Source of the DNA: an archaeon
GTDB taxonomy: Archaea > Iainarchaeota > Iainarchaeia > Iainarchaeales > CSSED10-239
Reading direction: 5' to 3'
Assembly (NCBI GenBank): GCA_041657425.1
Contig: JBBABY010000005.1
Location: 1 to 32,000 of the forward strand
DNA: 32,000 nt
The notes under the pieces were generated by a model. That model worked only from the letters and a program-made list of their open reading frames with translations. It searched no databases and was not told the origin of the DNA. Of the stretch, positions 7,559-16,078 are shown one piece after another (the stretch's first letter is position 1; each line of letters starts with the position of its first letter). A program made the translations under genes and the position numbers.

Positions 7559-8605
7559 ATGTTGGTGAATTTAGTGAATAAAAAATTAGCAATTAAAAAT
7601 AGCACAACTGAATTTTTAATATTTACTTCAAAAGTAGGAGAAGAGGGCATTGAAGTTAAATTTGAAGATGAAAATATTTGGTTAAGTCAAAAGATGATTG
7701 CAAAATTATTTGATGTAAATATTGCTACAATTAATGAGCATTTAAAGAATATATTTCTTACACAAGAATTAGATGAAACTTCAACTATTCGGAATTTCCG
7801 AATAGTTCAAATTGAGGGTGGCAGAAATGTATCGCGTAATATAGATTTTTATAATTTAGATGCAATAATCTCCGTAGGGTATAGAGTAAATTCAAAAAGA
7901 GCAACTCAATTCAGAATTTGGGCAACTAAGATATTAAAAGAATTTGCAATAAAAGGGTATGTCTTAGATAAGAAAAGATTAGAAAATGGAGCCTTCTTAA
8001 GTAAAAATTACTTTGATGAACTTTTAGCCGAAATTAGAGAAATACGATTAAGTGAAAGAAATTTCTACCAGAAAATAACAGACATTTATGCAACAAGCAT
8101 AGATTATGATAAAAGTGCAGAAATGACAAGAGAATTTTTTGCAAAAGTTTAAAATAAACTTCATTACGCAATACATAAACACACCGCACCTGAACTAATT
8201 GTTAAAAGAGCAAATAGTAAAAAAGATAATATGGGTTTAACTTCCTGGAAAAACTCTCCAGATGGCAAAATAATTAAGCCAGATGTATCAATAGCTAAGA
8301 ATTATTTAACAAAAGAAGAACTAGAATCTTTAGGGAGAATAGTTAGTGCATATTTAGATTTAGCAGAAGAAAGAGCAAAAAGGAAAATACCAATGACTAT
8401 GGAAGATTGGGCAAAAAGAATTGATGCGTTTTTAAAATTTGATGAACGAGAAATATTAATGAATGCAGGAGAGATAACTGCAGAGATTGCAAAACAACAT
8501 GCAGAAAAAGAATTTGAGAAATACAGAATTATACAAGATAAGTTTTTTGAATCAGATTTTGATAAAGAGACAAAGAAGTTACTATCAATTACTAAAAAAA
8601 AGTAG
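7559..8605 (+). pseudogene. rhuM: RhuM-family (virulence-protein-like) gene interrupted by a single in-frame TAA at 8150-8152
   Basis: ORFs 7559-8152 and 8231-8605 are in the same frame. Read-through gives ...REFFAKV*NKLHYAIHKHTAPELIVKRANSKKDNMGLTSWKNSPDGKIIKPDVSIAKNYL..., collinear with RhuM proteins (YNLDAIISVGYRVNSKRATQFRIWAT, DIYATSIDYD). Family members as I recall them have Gln (CAA) at the stop position. Confidence 0.75.
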
Positions 8606-8672
8606 TTGGTTACAAATTGTAACTTACTGAAAATGGGAGTTGTCCGAAAGAATCGGATGACTGAAATGCAAT
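8606..8672 (+). pseudogene. Short relic of a second Bro-N-type gene
   Basis: gttggttacaaattgtaacttactgaaaatg encodes LVTNCNLLKM, compared with VVTNCNQLKL at 7383-7412. The 16-nt ggttacaaattgtaac is identical in both copies and the flanks have decayed. Confidence 0.4.
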
Positions 8673-8674
8673 CT

Positions 8675-10981
8675 TTACTCTTCTTTCTCTTTATGGTCAT
8701 TTGTTCTTTTTACAATCTTAGGAGCAAATTCTTCTTTATACCATTTTTTCCACAAAGACATTATTTGCACGAAATCAATCTTGCCGTGCTCTTCTATCCA
8801 GTCTTCTTTTAAAAGTAGTAACTTATTGTGTGCCTGCGTAGTGTTTTCTGCCTCAAGTAACTCTAAACATTTAAGTTCTTTAGCGACCTCTACTTGGAAT
8901 TCTTTTTCATTACCAAGTAGCTTTATGTAATCCCAGATTTCTTCAATGGAAAGCCCTGAAAGAGTTGCAATCTTATTAAATAAGTCTGAGTCTTTAAGTG
9001 CGTCTTCGTTTAATATAAGGCTGTCTTTACTAGCATCATAAGTCATTAAATCAAGAAGTCCACCTTCTGCATCAGGATCTGCTGTCCAATGTTTTTTAAC
9101 TTCAGTAATCTGTACAATTCTTCTATAGCTCTTAAGGGAACCCTTAAATCTAATGGGTTTAGCTACAACAATAATATCTGTTGCCTTAAACGAAGTTGTT
9201 GGAACTCCAAGGTCATTAACAACTCTATCCCAAACAGAGTAAGCTGAGTCTGCGTGTATTGTTCCCATAACTACGTTACCAGCTGCACCAACTCTCATTG
9301 CTTCATAAAGAACTTTAGCTTCAACACTTCTAACTTCTCCAACAATGATTGCAGAGTCTCCAAGTCTAAGTGATGTTCTTAAAGCATCTTCTGGTTTAAC
9401 TTCTGCTGATTCTTCGTCAGAACCAATTGCAGATTTTGTTTTTAATCTCTGAGCATTAAATCCAATATCTTTAAAGTACATTACAGGCAATTCAAGAGTG
9501 TCTTCCTGAACTATGATTCTTTTATTTTGTAAAATTTCAAGTATAAGTGCAGTCATCAGAGACGTCTTTCCTGCACCACGAGAACCTGCAACAAGCAATG
9601 TAGAATTATTATCAATAAAGAAAGATAATAGTCCAGCAGCTAGTGGATTAAGAGATTTTGCATTTATTAATTGTGGCAAAGTCCATGGAGTGTCTTTGTG
9701 AAGACGGAAAGCAAATGCGGTACCATCAGTTGCTAGAGGCCTTCCGATAACTGCAACTCTTGTGTTAAGGTCAGGAAGATCAAAGTCTAAGATTGGATGA
9801 GCGTCATCAAAAGGACGTCCAGACATTGCTCTCATTTTTCCTACAAGACTTTCTGCTTCTTTGTCTGTGTAAAGTATATTAGTTTGACATTGTCCAAATT
9901 GACTGTGTTCAACATATATTGGTTTACCACCAATTGGTGAATCAATATAAACGTCTGTTAATCTTCTATCTGATAATACTAATTCTAATATTCCGTAACC
10001 AATAGTGTATCTAGTAACAATTTCTGAAAGTGCAGACACATCGTCTGGTTCAAGAGCAATTCCATATTTTCTTGCAACATCTGCAATTGTGCTTTGATAG
10101 ATTCTTTGAAAGTATTTTCTAGTTCCTGCTCCAGAAGTTAAAGTGACTTTACCTGGTTGATAGTTAGCAACTGTTTCTTTTGTTTTAGAAAGAACAAAAT
10201 AATGATCAGGAGAAAGTGTATATTCTGGAGGATTGATATTGTAAATCAATTCAATCTTTTCAGGATGTTTAAATATTTGAACACTAGTAGTTAATACTTG
10301 ATATTCATCAATCAATTCAAATTTATCAGCATCGCTTCTTAAAAGTTGTGAACCAATAAAAGCAGGTTTGATTTGTGCTTCAAAAACCGTTTTATAAAGT
10401 TCTGTTAAATCATTAAAGTCTTTAAATTTTGTAAGTATTGGTTTTAATACTTTTATAAATTCACTTTTATCATATTGCTCTTTAATTGAAAGTAAATGTT
10501 TAAGATTTGCTTTAAAACATTTTTCACAAGGTTTACCTGATTGTTCTTCACTTCTGCTTCTGGTGTTTTCAATTTCTCTTACAAGTGAGATGTAAGAAGC
10601 AATAGGGTCATAAGCAAGTAAGTCTCTTGCAAATCTAATAATATTATTATGTCTTTGTGGATAACAATCATCGCAATCCATATCGTCTATTCTTAAGTGA
10701 GATGAAACCCACACAGCTCTATTTTCAAAATCAAGAAGAAGATCTACCATTTCTTTTAAGTAAGAAACTTGTTTAGTGGTATAAACTCTCTCATAAACTT
10801 CAGCCAAAATTACTTCATCAGCATCAACGGTTTCTAAGGTTTTCATAACATGATATCTACAACGAGCATCATCAGAAATGGAGGTTCCATAAACACAATG
10901 CCTACAGTCAAAGACAAGCTTCTTCTTTCCCCCCTCATTATCAACAAGATAATCTCCAACTGTGTAGTTACCAATCTTCAT
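8675..10981 (-). CDS. GspE/VirB11/FlaI-family secretion or type IV pilus ATPase with a long Cys-rich N-terminal extension
   Basis: Walker A is GSRGAGKTSLMTAL, the Asp/Walker B region is RIIVQEDTLELP, plus IIVGEVRSVEA and His box VMGTIHADSA. The N-terminal ~300 aa carry CRHC..CRYH, CDDC and CEKC. Confidence 0.85.
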   Translation of the reverse strand: MKIGNYTVGDYLVDNEGGKKKLVFDCRHCVYGTSISDDARCRYHVMKTLETVDADEVILAEVYERVYTTKQVSYLKEMVDLLLDFENRAVWVSSHLRIDDMDCDDCYPQRHNNIIRFARDLLAYDPIASYISLVREIENTRSRSEEQSGKPCEKCFKANLKHLLSIKEQYDKSEFIKVLKPILTKFKDFNDLTELYKTVFEAQIKPAFIGSQLLRSDADKFELIDEYQVLTTSVQIFKHPEKIELIYNINPPEYTLSPDHYFVLSKTKETVANYQPGKVTLTSGAGTRKYFQRIYQSTIADVARKYGIALEPDDVSALSEIVTRYTIGYGILELVLSDRRLTDVYIDSPIGGKPIYVEHSQFGQCQTNILYTDKEAESLVGKMRAMSGRPFDDAHPILDFDLPDLNTRVAVIGRPLATDGTAFAFRLHKDTPWTLPQLINAKSLNPLAAGLLSFFIDNNSTLLVAGSRGAGKTSLMTALILEILQNKRIIVQEDTLELPVMYFKDIGFNAQRLKTKSAIGSDEESAEVKPEDALRTSLRLGDSAIIVGEVRSVEAKVLYEAMRVGAAGNVVMGTIHADSAYSVWDRVVNDLGVPTTSFKATDIIVVAKPIRFKGSLKSYRRIVQITEVKKHWTADPDAEGGLLDLMTYDASKDSLILNEDALKDSDLFNKIATLSGLSIEEIWDYIKLLGNEKEFQVEVAKELKCLELLEAENTTQAHNKLLLLKEDWIEEHGKIDFVQIMSLWKKWYKEEFAPKIVKRTNDHKEKEE

Positions 10982-10997
10982 TTTTAATCAAACCAAT

Positions 10998-11198
10998 CTA
11001 TTTCTTAAGTATTAAATCAATCAACTCTAGTTTTTCTGAATTACTTAATAATTTATCTTTTTTAATTTCTGCAATAATTGCTTTTTTATCTGCGGTTGTT
11101 AATTTGTTTATGCTTTTCTTATAATGCTCAACAGCTTTTTGTCTATCAGTTCGCTTCCTTAATTCTGTACAAACTACTGCAATTCTTTTTGGAGGCAT
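10998..11198 (-). CDS. Small basic hypothetical protein, probably co-transcribed with the ATPase
   Basis: A 66-aa ORF lies 16 bp upstream of the ATPase start on the same strand. I recognise no motif in it. Confidence 0.4.
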   Translation of the reverse strand: MPPKRIAVVCTELRKRTDRQKAVEHYKKSINKLTTADKKAIIAEIKKDKLLSNSEKLELIDLILKK

Positions 11199-11341
11199 AT
11201 TCTTCCGTTTTTATATATTTTACTTAATATATATGGTTAGTATTTATATTTATATTCCTTTCTTTTCGTGATTTTTTCAATAAACTAAAACTGCGGCTAT
11301 TGGTTGCAGAAATTAGGAATTAGAATTATTTAATTAGATAA

Positions 11342-11396
11342 ATTTAAAATGTTTGCACTGGACATCTGCCCCCGAAAACACCCCCGTTTTAAAAAT
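11342..11396 (+). repeat. Junction element Y, copy B (CCCCC subtype)
   Basis: atttaaaatgtttgcactggacatctgcccccgaaaacacccccgttttaaaaatc; core is at 11353-11364. Confidence 0.75.
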
Positions 11397-11408
11397 CATA
11401 ATATATTT

Positions 11409-12386
11409 ATGGACAAAGAAAAAGAATATTTGATATTTCTTAAAGAAATAAAAGAAAGAATTGTTTCTGCGCAATATAATGCATTAAGAGCAGTTAATAA
11501 AGAACTAATTAATCTGTATTGGGATATAGGTAAAGGGATTGTGGAGAAACAAAAACAATTAGGCTGGGGAAAATCCATAGTAGAGAATCTATCAAAAGAT
11601 TTACAAAAGGAATTTTCTGGCACAAGTGGATTTTCTACAACTAATCTTTGGAGAATAAGAAACTTTTATTATGAATATAGTAAAAATGTAAAACTCGCGC
11701 CATTGGCGCGAGAAATAGGATGGTTTAAAAATGTTATTATTATGGAGAAATGTAAAACTGATGACGAAAGAGAATTTTACATAAAACAGACAAAAGAGAA
11801 CAATTGGACAAAGAATATTTTGATACATCAAATAGAAAACCAAACTTACGAAAAGTATCTTTTAAATCAAACAAACTTTTCTAAAACAATTAAACCAAAA
11901 TTTCAAGGCCAATCTAAACTTGCAGTTAAAGATGAATATACTTTTGATTTTCTAGAACTAAGAGAAGAACATCTAGAAAAAGGATTAATAAGTAAAATAA
12001 AACTATTACTTCTAGAACTAGGAAGCAACTTTTGTTTTGTTGCTAATCAATATAGATTAGAAGTAGGTGGCGAAGAGTTCTTTATTGATCTATTACTATA
12101 TAATCGTTCACTTAAATGTCTTATTGCAATTGAGCTTAAGATTGGTAATTTCAAGCCAGAGTATGTAGGCAAGATGCAATTCTATCTTTCTGCTTTAGAT
12201 GATCTAGTTAGAATCAAAGGAGAAAATAAATCAATAGGGATTATAATTTGTAAAGAAAAAAACAGAACAATTGTAGAATATACTTTAAGAGACACAACTA
12301 AGCCGATAGGAGTTTCAACCTATAAACTTCCACAAAAAATAATTAAATTTCTGCCAACAAAAGAAGAACTAGAAAAAATTATTTAA
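11409..12386 (+). CDS. yhcG: DUF1016 / YhcG-like PD-(D/E)XK nuclease
   Basis: The N-terminus is YLIFLKEIKERIVSAQYNALRAVNKELINLYWDIGKGI. The nuclease core is FFIDLLLYNRSLKCLIAIELKIGNFKPEYVGKMQFYLSALDD. ATG 11409 matches family N-termini better than the track start 11349, which lies in the repeat. Confidence 0.8.
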   Translation: MDKEKEYLIFLKEIKERIVSAQYNALRAVNKELINLYWDIGKGIVEKQKQLGWGKSIVENLSKDLQKEFSGTSGFSTTNLWRIRNFYYEYSKNVKLAPLAREIGWFKNVIIMEKCKTDDEREFYIKQTKENNWTKNILIHQIENQTYEKYLLNQTNFSKTIKPKFQGQSKLAVKDEYTFDFLELREEHLEKGLISKIKLLLLELGSNFCFVANQYRLEVGGEEFFIDLLLYNRSLKCLIAIELKIGNFKPEYVGKMQFYLSALDDLVRIKGENKSIGIIICKEKNRTIVEYTLRDTTKPIGVSTYKLPQKIIKFLPTKEELEKII

Positions 12387-12387
12387 G

Positions 12388-12424
12388 TTTAAAATTTAGC
12401 ACCGGACAGGCACTCTAGAAAACC
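12388..12424 (+). repeat. Junction element Y, copy D (CTCTAGAAA subtype)
   Basis: tttaaaatttagcaccggacaggcactctagaaaacc; core tagcaccggaca is at 12397-12408. Confidence 0.7.
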
Positions 12425-12467
12425 TTTTAATAATGCTTGCCCTATAATATATATTGATGTGATTTTT

Positions 12468-13787
12468 ATGCAACTTACAAGTGAACAGATTTATGCAACA
12501 ATTAAGACTCAAACAGGGCTAGAGGATTCTGAACTTAATAAAAAGATAGAAGAGATTAAGGAAAAGTATCAAGGGCTCTTAAGTGATGTCGGTGCAAATA
12601 TTCTTCTTTCTAAACAGTTAGGAGTTAATTTAGATTTAAAACAAAAAACTAGTTCAATAACTAAAATTTCTGAAATTAATGCAACTATTGATTCTGTTTC
12701 TCTTTATGCAAGAATAAAATCAATCCCTCCAGTAAAGAACTATAAATCAAAGGATGGAAAGGAAGGAAAGATTCAAGCAGTTTATTTAGCTGATGAAACA
12801 GGCATTATAAAATTAAATTTATGGCAAGATAAAGCAGAGTTAATACATGAACAAAACTTTGAAAAGAATGATCTTGTTTTGATAAAGGATGCGGCAATAA
12901 ACCAGTACAATGAAAAGATAGAATTATCTTTAAGACAAGGCGGGCAAATAATTAAAGATCCTGAAGGCGTTACTGTTCCAAAGATTGAAGAAAAAGTAAT
13001 TAAAATTTCAGGAATTGATGCAGCGCCAGAAGGCCCAGTTGATACTATTGGAAGAATAATTGCAATCTATCCACTTAGGACTTTTAAAAAAGAAGACAAG
13101 GAAAGATTTGCAATTAATTTTGAGATAAGTGATGGCCTAAAGTCAATGAAGTGCGCGGCTTTTGATACCTGGGCTCAAGAGATATCCACCAATTATAAGA
13201 AAGGAGATTTAGTAAGATTATCTGATGTTGTAATTAAGGACGGATTATATGATCTAGAGTTATACATTAATTGGAATTCAACAATTACAAAGAATCCAAA
13301 TACAAAAATAAAGATTCCTGCATTAAGTGAATTAATTTCTGCAGATTTAAAAGAAGAGAAAATTCCAAGTCTTCAAAACAATAACAGCTATAAGATTACA
13401 GGCACAGTAATTTCTGTAAATAAAGGAAATTTAAGATCATTTAAGTGTCCAGATTGTAAAGAGAAAGTTTTCTTAATCAATAATGAATTTATTTGTGAGG
13501 CTTGTAATAAACAAGTAGATCCTGAAATGAATATCTTTTCTTCAGTTAATGTTGATGATGGAGATGGCGTAATAAAAGTAAGTCTTTTCAATCAACTTTT
13601 AGAAAGTGTTTATGATTTAAAGAAAGAAGACTTAAAGAAAGACTTAACACAAGAAGAAAAAGACAATATTTTTTCAAAAGCAGAAGGAAAGATACTTGGT
13701 AAGCAAGCAATAATAACAGGAAAAGCAAAGCAGAATGATTTTTCCAATCAACTAGAATTCATGGCTGGCACTTTTGAAATTGTTTAA
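12468..13787 (+). CDS. rpa: Replication protein A-like ssDNA-binding protein (multiple OB folds plus a zinc ribbon)
   Basis: Repeated OB-like segments are present (VSLYARIKSI..., GRIIAIYPLRTF..., YKITGTVISVNKG...). The zinc ribbon is CPDCKEKV...CEACNKQV. It sits beside mcm. I prefer ATG 12468 over GTG 12459. Confidence 0.7.
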   Translation: MQLTSEQIYATIKTQTGLEDSELNKKIEEIKEKYQGLLSDVGANILLSKQLGVNLDLKQKTSSITKISEINATIDSVSLYARIKSIPPVKNYKSKDGKEGKIQAVYLADETGIIKLNLWQDKAELIHEQNFEKNDLVLIKDAAINQYNEKIELSLRQGGQIIKDPEGVTVPKIEEKVIKISGIDAAPEGPVDTIGRIIAIYPLRTFKKEDKERFAINFEISDGLKSMKCAAFDTWAQEISTNYKKGDLVRLSDVVIKDGLYDLELYINWNSTITKNPNTKIKIPALSELISADLKEEKIPSLQNNNSYKITGTVISVNKGNLRSFKCPDCKEKVFLINNEFICEACNKQVDPEMNIFSSVNVDDGDGVIKVSLFNQLLESVYDLKKEDLKKDLTQEEKDNIFSKAEGKILGKQAIITGKAKQNDFSNQLEFMAGTFEIV

Positions 13788-13943
13788 ATTTGTAGAATTT
13801 AACAAAAATAGAGGCATTTCTTTGGTTTTCCCCCTCACTTCCTGTATTGTTTCCATAGTTATATTGCGTTTTCACAAAAAAAACAAAGCAAGCTTTAATA
13901 TAACTAGTTTGCTACAGATATATAATAAAACAAGTGAAAAGTT

Positions 13944-16070
13944 ATGACTGATTTTGATTTTGATGAATTGGACGAGGGGTTTAAAGATCAAACCAACTTG
14001 GCGCTTGATGAATATATTTCTATTTTTGAAGAATTCCTTGATGCAGTTTATAAAAAAGAAATTGAAATCTTAGCTTCTAATTATCCAGATAAGAAAAGTT
14101 TAGATATCGATTATAAAAGACTAGAAGCTTTTGATTTAAATATTGCAGAAAGATTAATTGAAAATCCAAATCTAATAATTGAAGCAGCAACTGCGGCTCT
14201 TCGTAAGATTGATGTCGGGATTTTAGAACAAACAGATCAAAGATTTGAACCGCATATGCGTTTCTTTAATCTACCAGAGGAATACAGAGTTGATATTAGA
14301 GAAATTGGTTCAAAACATTTAACAAGTTTAATCTCCGCAGAAGGAATGATTAGACAAACAACAGAAAGATTACAAAAAATGATGGAAGCCCATTTCATTT
14401 GTAGAAAGTGTCAAAATAGTTATAACATTAAACAAACAACACAGATACTGGCAAAACCAATCATGTGTGATTGTAAGTCTAGAGAGTTTGATTTAGATCT
14501 AGAACAAAGTAAATTTATTGATTATCAAAAAATAGATATGCAAGAACCAATTGAAAATTTAAAAGGTAGTGAACAAGCAAATCACGTTGAAGTTTTTATT
14601 TCTGATGACCTTGTTAATTCTTGTTCAGCAGGAGATAAGATAATAGTAACAGGTGTCGTAAAGTTAAAACCACAGAAAGACACAAACATGTTTAACAAGT
14701 ACATGATAGCAAATCATGTAGAAAGAGTTGATCAAGAATTTGAAGAATTAGATATAACTCCTGACGAGATTGAAGAGATTAGACAACTTGCAAAAAAAGA
14801 AGACATCTTTGAACTTCTTGCTCAATCAATTGCTCCAAAGATCTATGGTCATGAAGTAGTTAAGGAAGCAATTACTCTTCAAATGTTTGGGGGAGTAAAA
14901 AAGAAAGTTCAAAAGCAAGAGTTTAGAGGCAATATTCACATCCTTCTTGTCGGTGATCCATCAACTGGAAAGTCCGAACTTTTAAGAAATGCAGCAACAA
15001 TTGCTCCTAAGTCAATTTTTGTCTCTGGAAAAAGTGCATCAGGTGCAGGTTTAACAGTTTCTGCAGTCAAGGATGATTTCGGTGAGGGTGGCTGGACACT
15101 TAAAGCAGGTGCAGTTGTTCTTGCAAGTGGTGGAATTGCTATGATCGATGAATTCGATAAGATGGAACCAGAAGATAGAAGTACTCTTCACGAAGCCATG
15201 GCTCAAGCAACAGTTTCTGTTTCTAAAGCTGGACTTTATGCAAAGTTTAGAGCAGATACGTCAATCTTAGCAGCAGCTAACCCTAAGTTTAACAGATTTG
15301 ATAAATTCAAAAATCCAATCGAACAAATTGATTTACCATTTTCTCTTCTTTCTAGATTTGATTTATATTTCATAATGAGAGATACATTAAACAGAACACT
15401 AGATATTGAACTTAGTAAACACATTATTGCAGTTCAAGAAGCTGCACAGAAATTATCTTCTCCTGACGGAGAATTATCAAAAGAAGAAATGGAACAAATA
15501 CAAGATAGTGTTCTTCCAAAAATCGAACCAAATATTTTCAAGAAATTTGTTGCTTATGCAAGACAGCAAATAAAACCAAAGTTAAGTAAAGAAGCTTCTG
15601 AAAGAATATTAAATTACTATATTGACTTAAGAGACCTAGGAAGAAAATCAGAAAGCTTTGGTGCAACTCCAAGACAGTTAGAGGGTTTAATCAGATTATC
15701 AGAAGCAAGTGCAAAAGTTAGATTAAAGCACACAATAGAATTAGAAGACGCGCAAAGAGCAATTAGAATATTTAGAGTTTCTCTTGAGCAAACAGCAATT
15801 GATCTAGAAACAGGAAAGATTGATATTGATATTATAACAACAGGAACATCAACAAGTGAAAGGCAATTTATAAAAAGAATTTTAAATATAATTAAGGATT
15901 TAACAGCAGACGGCAACCCCGTAAACTTCTCAGACATTGCAGAAACCATGGAGAAACAAAATATTGGTAAAGACAAGTTAATGGAAGCAATAGGAAAATT
16001 AAAGAAATCAGGAGAACTTTATGAACCAAAGAATGGTTTTTTAAAACCTGTTGATAATAATGCTATGTAG
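13944..16070 (+). CDS. mcm: MCM replicative helicase
   Basis: Zinc motif is CRKCQ...CDCKS, Walker A is LLVGDPSTGKSELL, Walker B is IAMIDEFDKM, and the arginine-finger region is SLLSRFDLYFIM. Length is 708 aa. Confidence 0.95.
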   Translation: MTDFDFDELDEGFKDQTNLALDEYISIFEEFLDAVYKKEIEILASNYPDKKSLDIDYKRLEAFDLNIAERLIENPNLIIEAATAALRKIDVGILEQTDQRFEPHMRFFNLPEEYRVDIREIGSKHLTSLISAEGMIRQTTERLQKMMEAHFICRKCQNSYNIKQTTQILAKPIMCDCKSREFDLDLEQSKFIDYQKIDMQEPIENLKGSEQANHVEVFISDDLVNSCSAGDKIIVTGVVKLKPQKDTNMFNKYMIANHVERVDQEFEELDITPDEIEEIRQLAKKEDIFELLAQSIAPKIYGHEVVKEAITLQMFGGVKKKVQKQEFRGNIHILLVGDPSTGKSELLRNAATIAPKSIFVSGKSASGAGLTVSAVKDDFGEGGWTLKAGAVVLASGGIAMIDEFDKMEPEDRSTLHEAMAQATVSVSKAGLYAKFRADTSILAAANPKFNRFDKFKNPIEQIDLPFSLLSRFDLYFIMRDTLNRTLDIELSKHIIAVQEAAQKLSSPDGELSKEEMEQIQDSVLPKIEPNIFKKFVAYARQQIKPKLSKEASERILNYYIDLRDLGRKSESFGATPRQLEGLIRLSEASAKVRLKHTIELEDAQRAIRIFRVSLEQTAIDLETGKIDIDIITTGTSTSERQFIKRILNIIKDLTADGNPVNFSDIAETMEKQNIGKDKLMEAIGKLKKSGELYEPKNGFLKPVDNNAM

Positions 16071-16078
16071 GATTAACT

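Noticed and set aside
8150-8152. TAA recoding or alternative genetic code as an explanation for the in-frame stop in RhuM.
   Set aside because: TAA terminates most well-supported genes in this window at positions matching homologue C-termini (for example top6A, ackA, aIF2-beta), so the standard code applies.
8302-8812. ORFs 8302-8700 (minus strand) and 8606-8812 (plus strand).
   Set aside because: The first is antisense to the RhuM C-terminal half and the second is antisense to the 3' end of the secretion ATPase. The homology-supported genes explain the region. Only the first ~67 nt of 8606-8812 are kept, as a Bro-N relic.
7147-11408. Track start codons 7147 (GTG) and 11349 (ATG), which would translate the junction elements as N-terminal extensions (..PRKRPHFQK.. 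/ ..PRKHPRFKN..).
   Set aside because: The two element copies differ by indels, so the upstream part is in different frames. Homologue N-termini begin at the internal ATGs (7210 with GGAGG upstream; 11409). The absence of stop codons is most simply coincidental.
7134-12408. Junction element core (TTGCACTGGACA plus a C-string) as Orc1/Cdc6 origin recognition boxes.
   Set aside because: The core superficially resembles the ORB dyad. However, the C-string is on the wrong strand and side relative to the ORB G-string as I recall it. All four copies are in direct orientation rather than inverted around an AT-rich unwinding element. They coincide with accessory gene boundaries, and no orc1/cdc6 gene is present.
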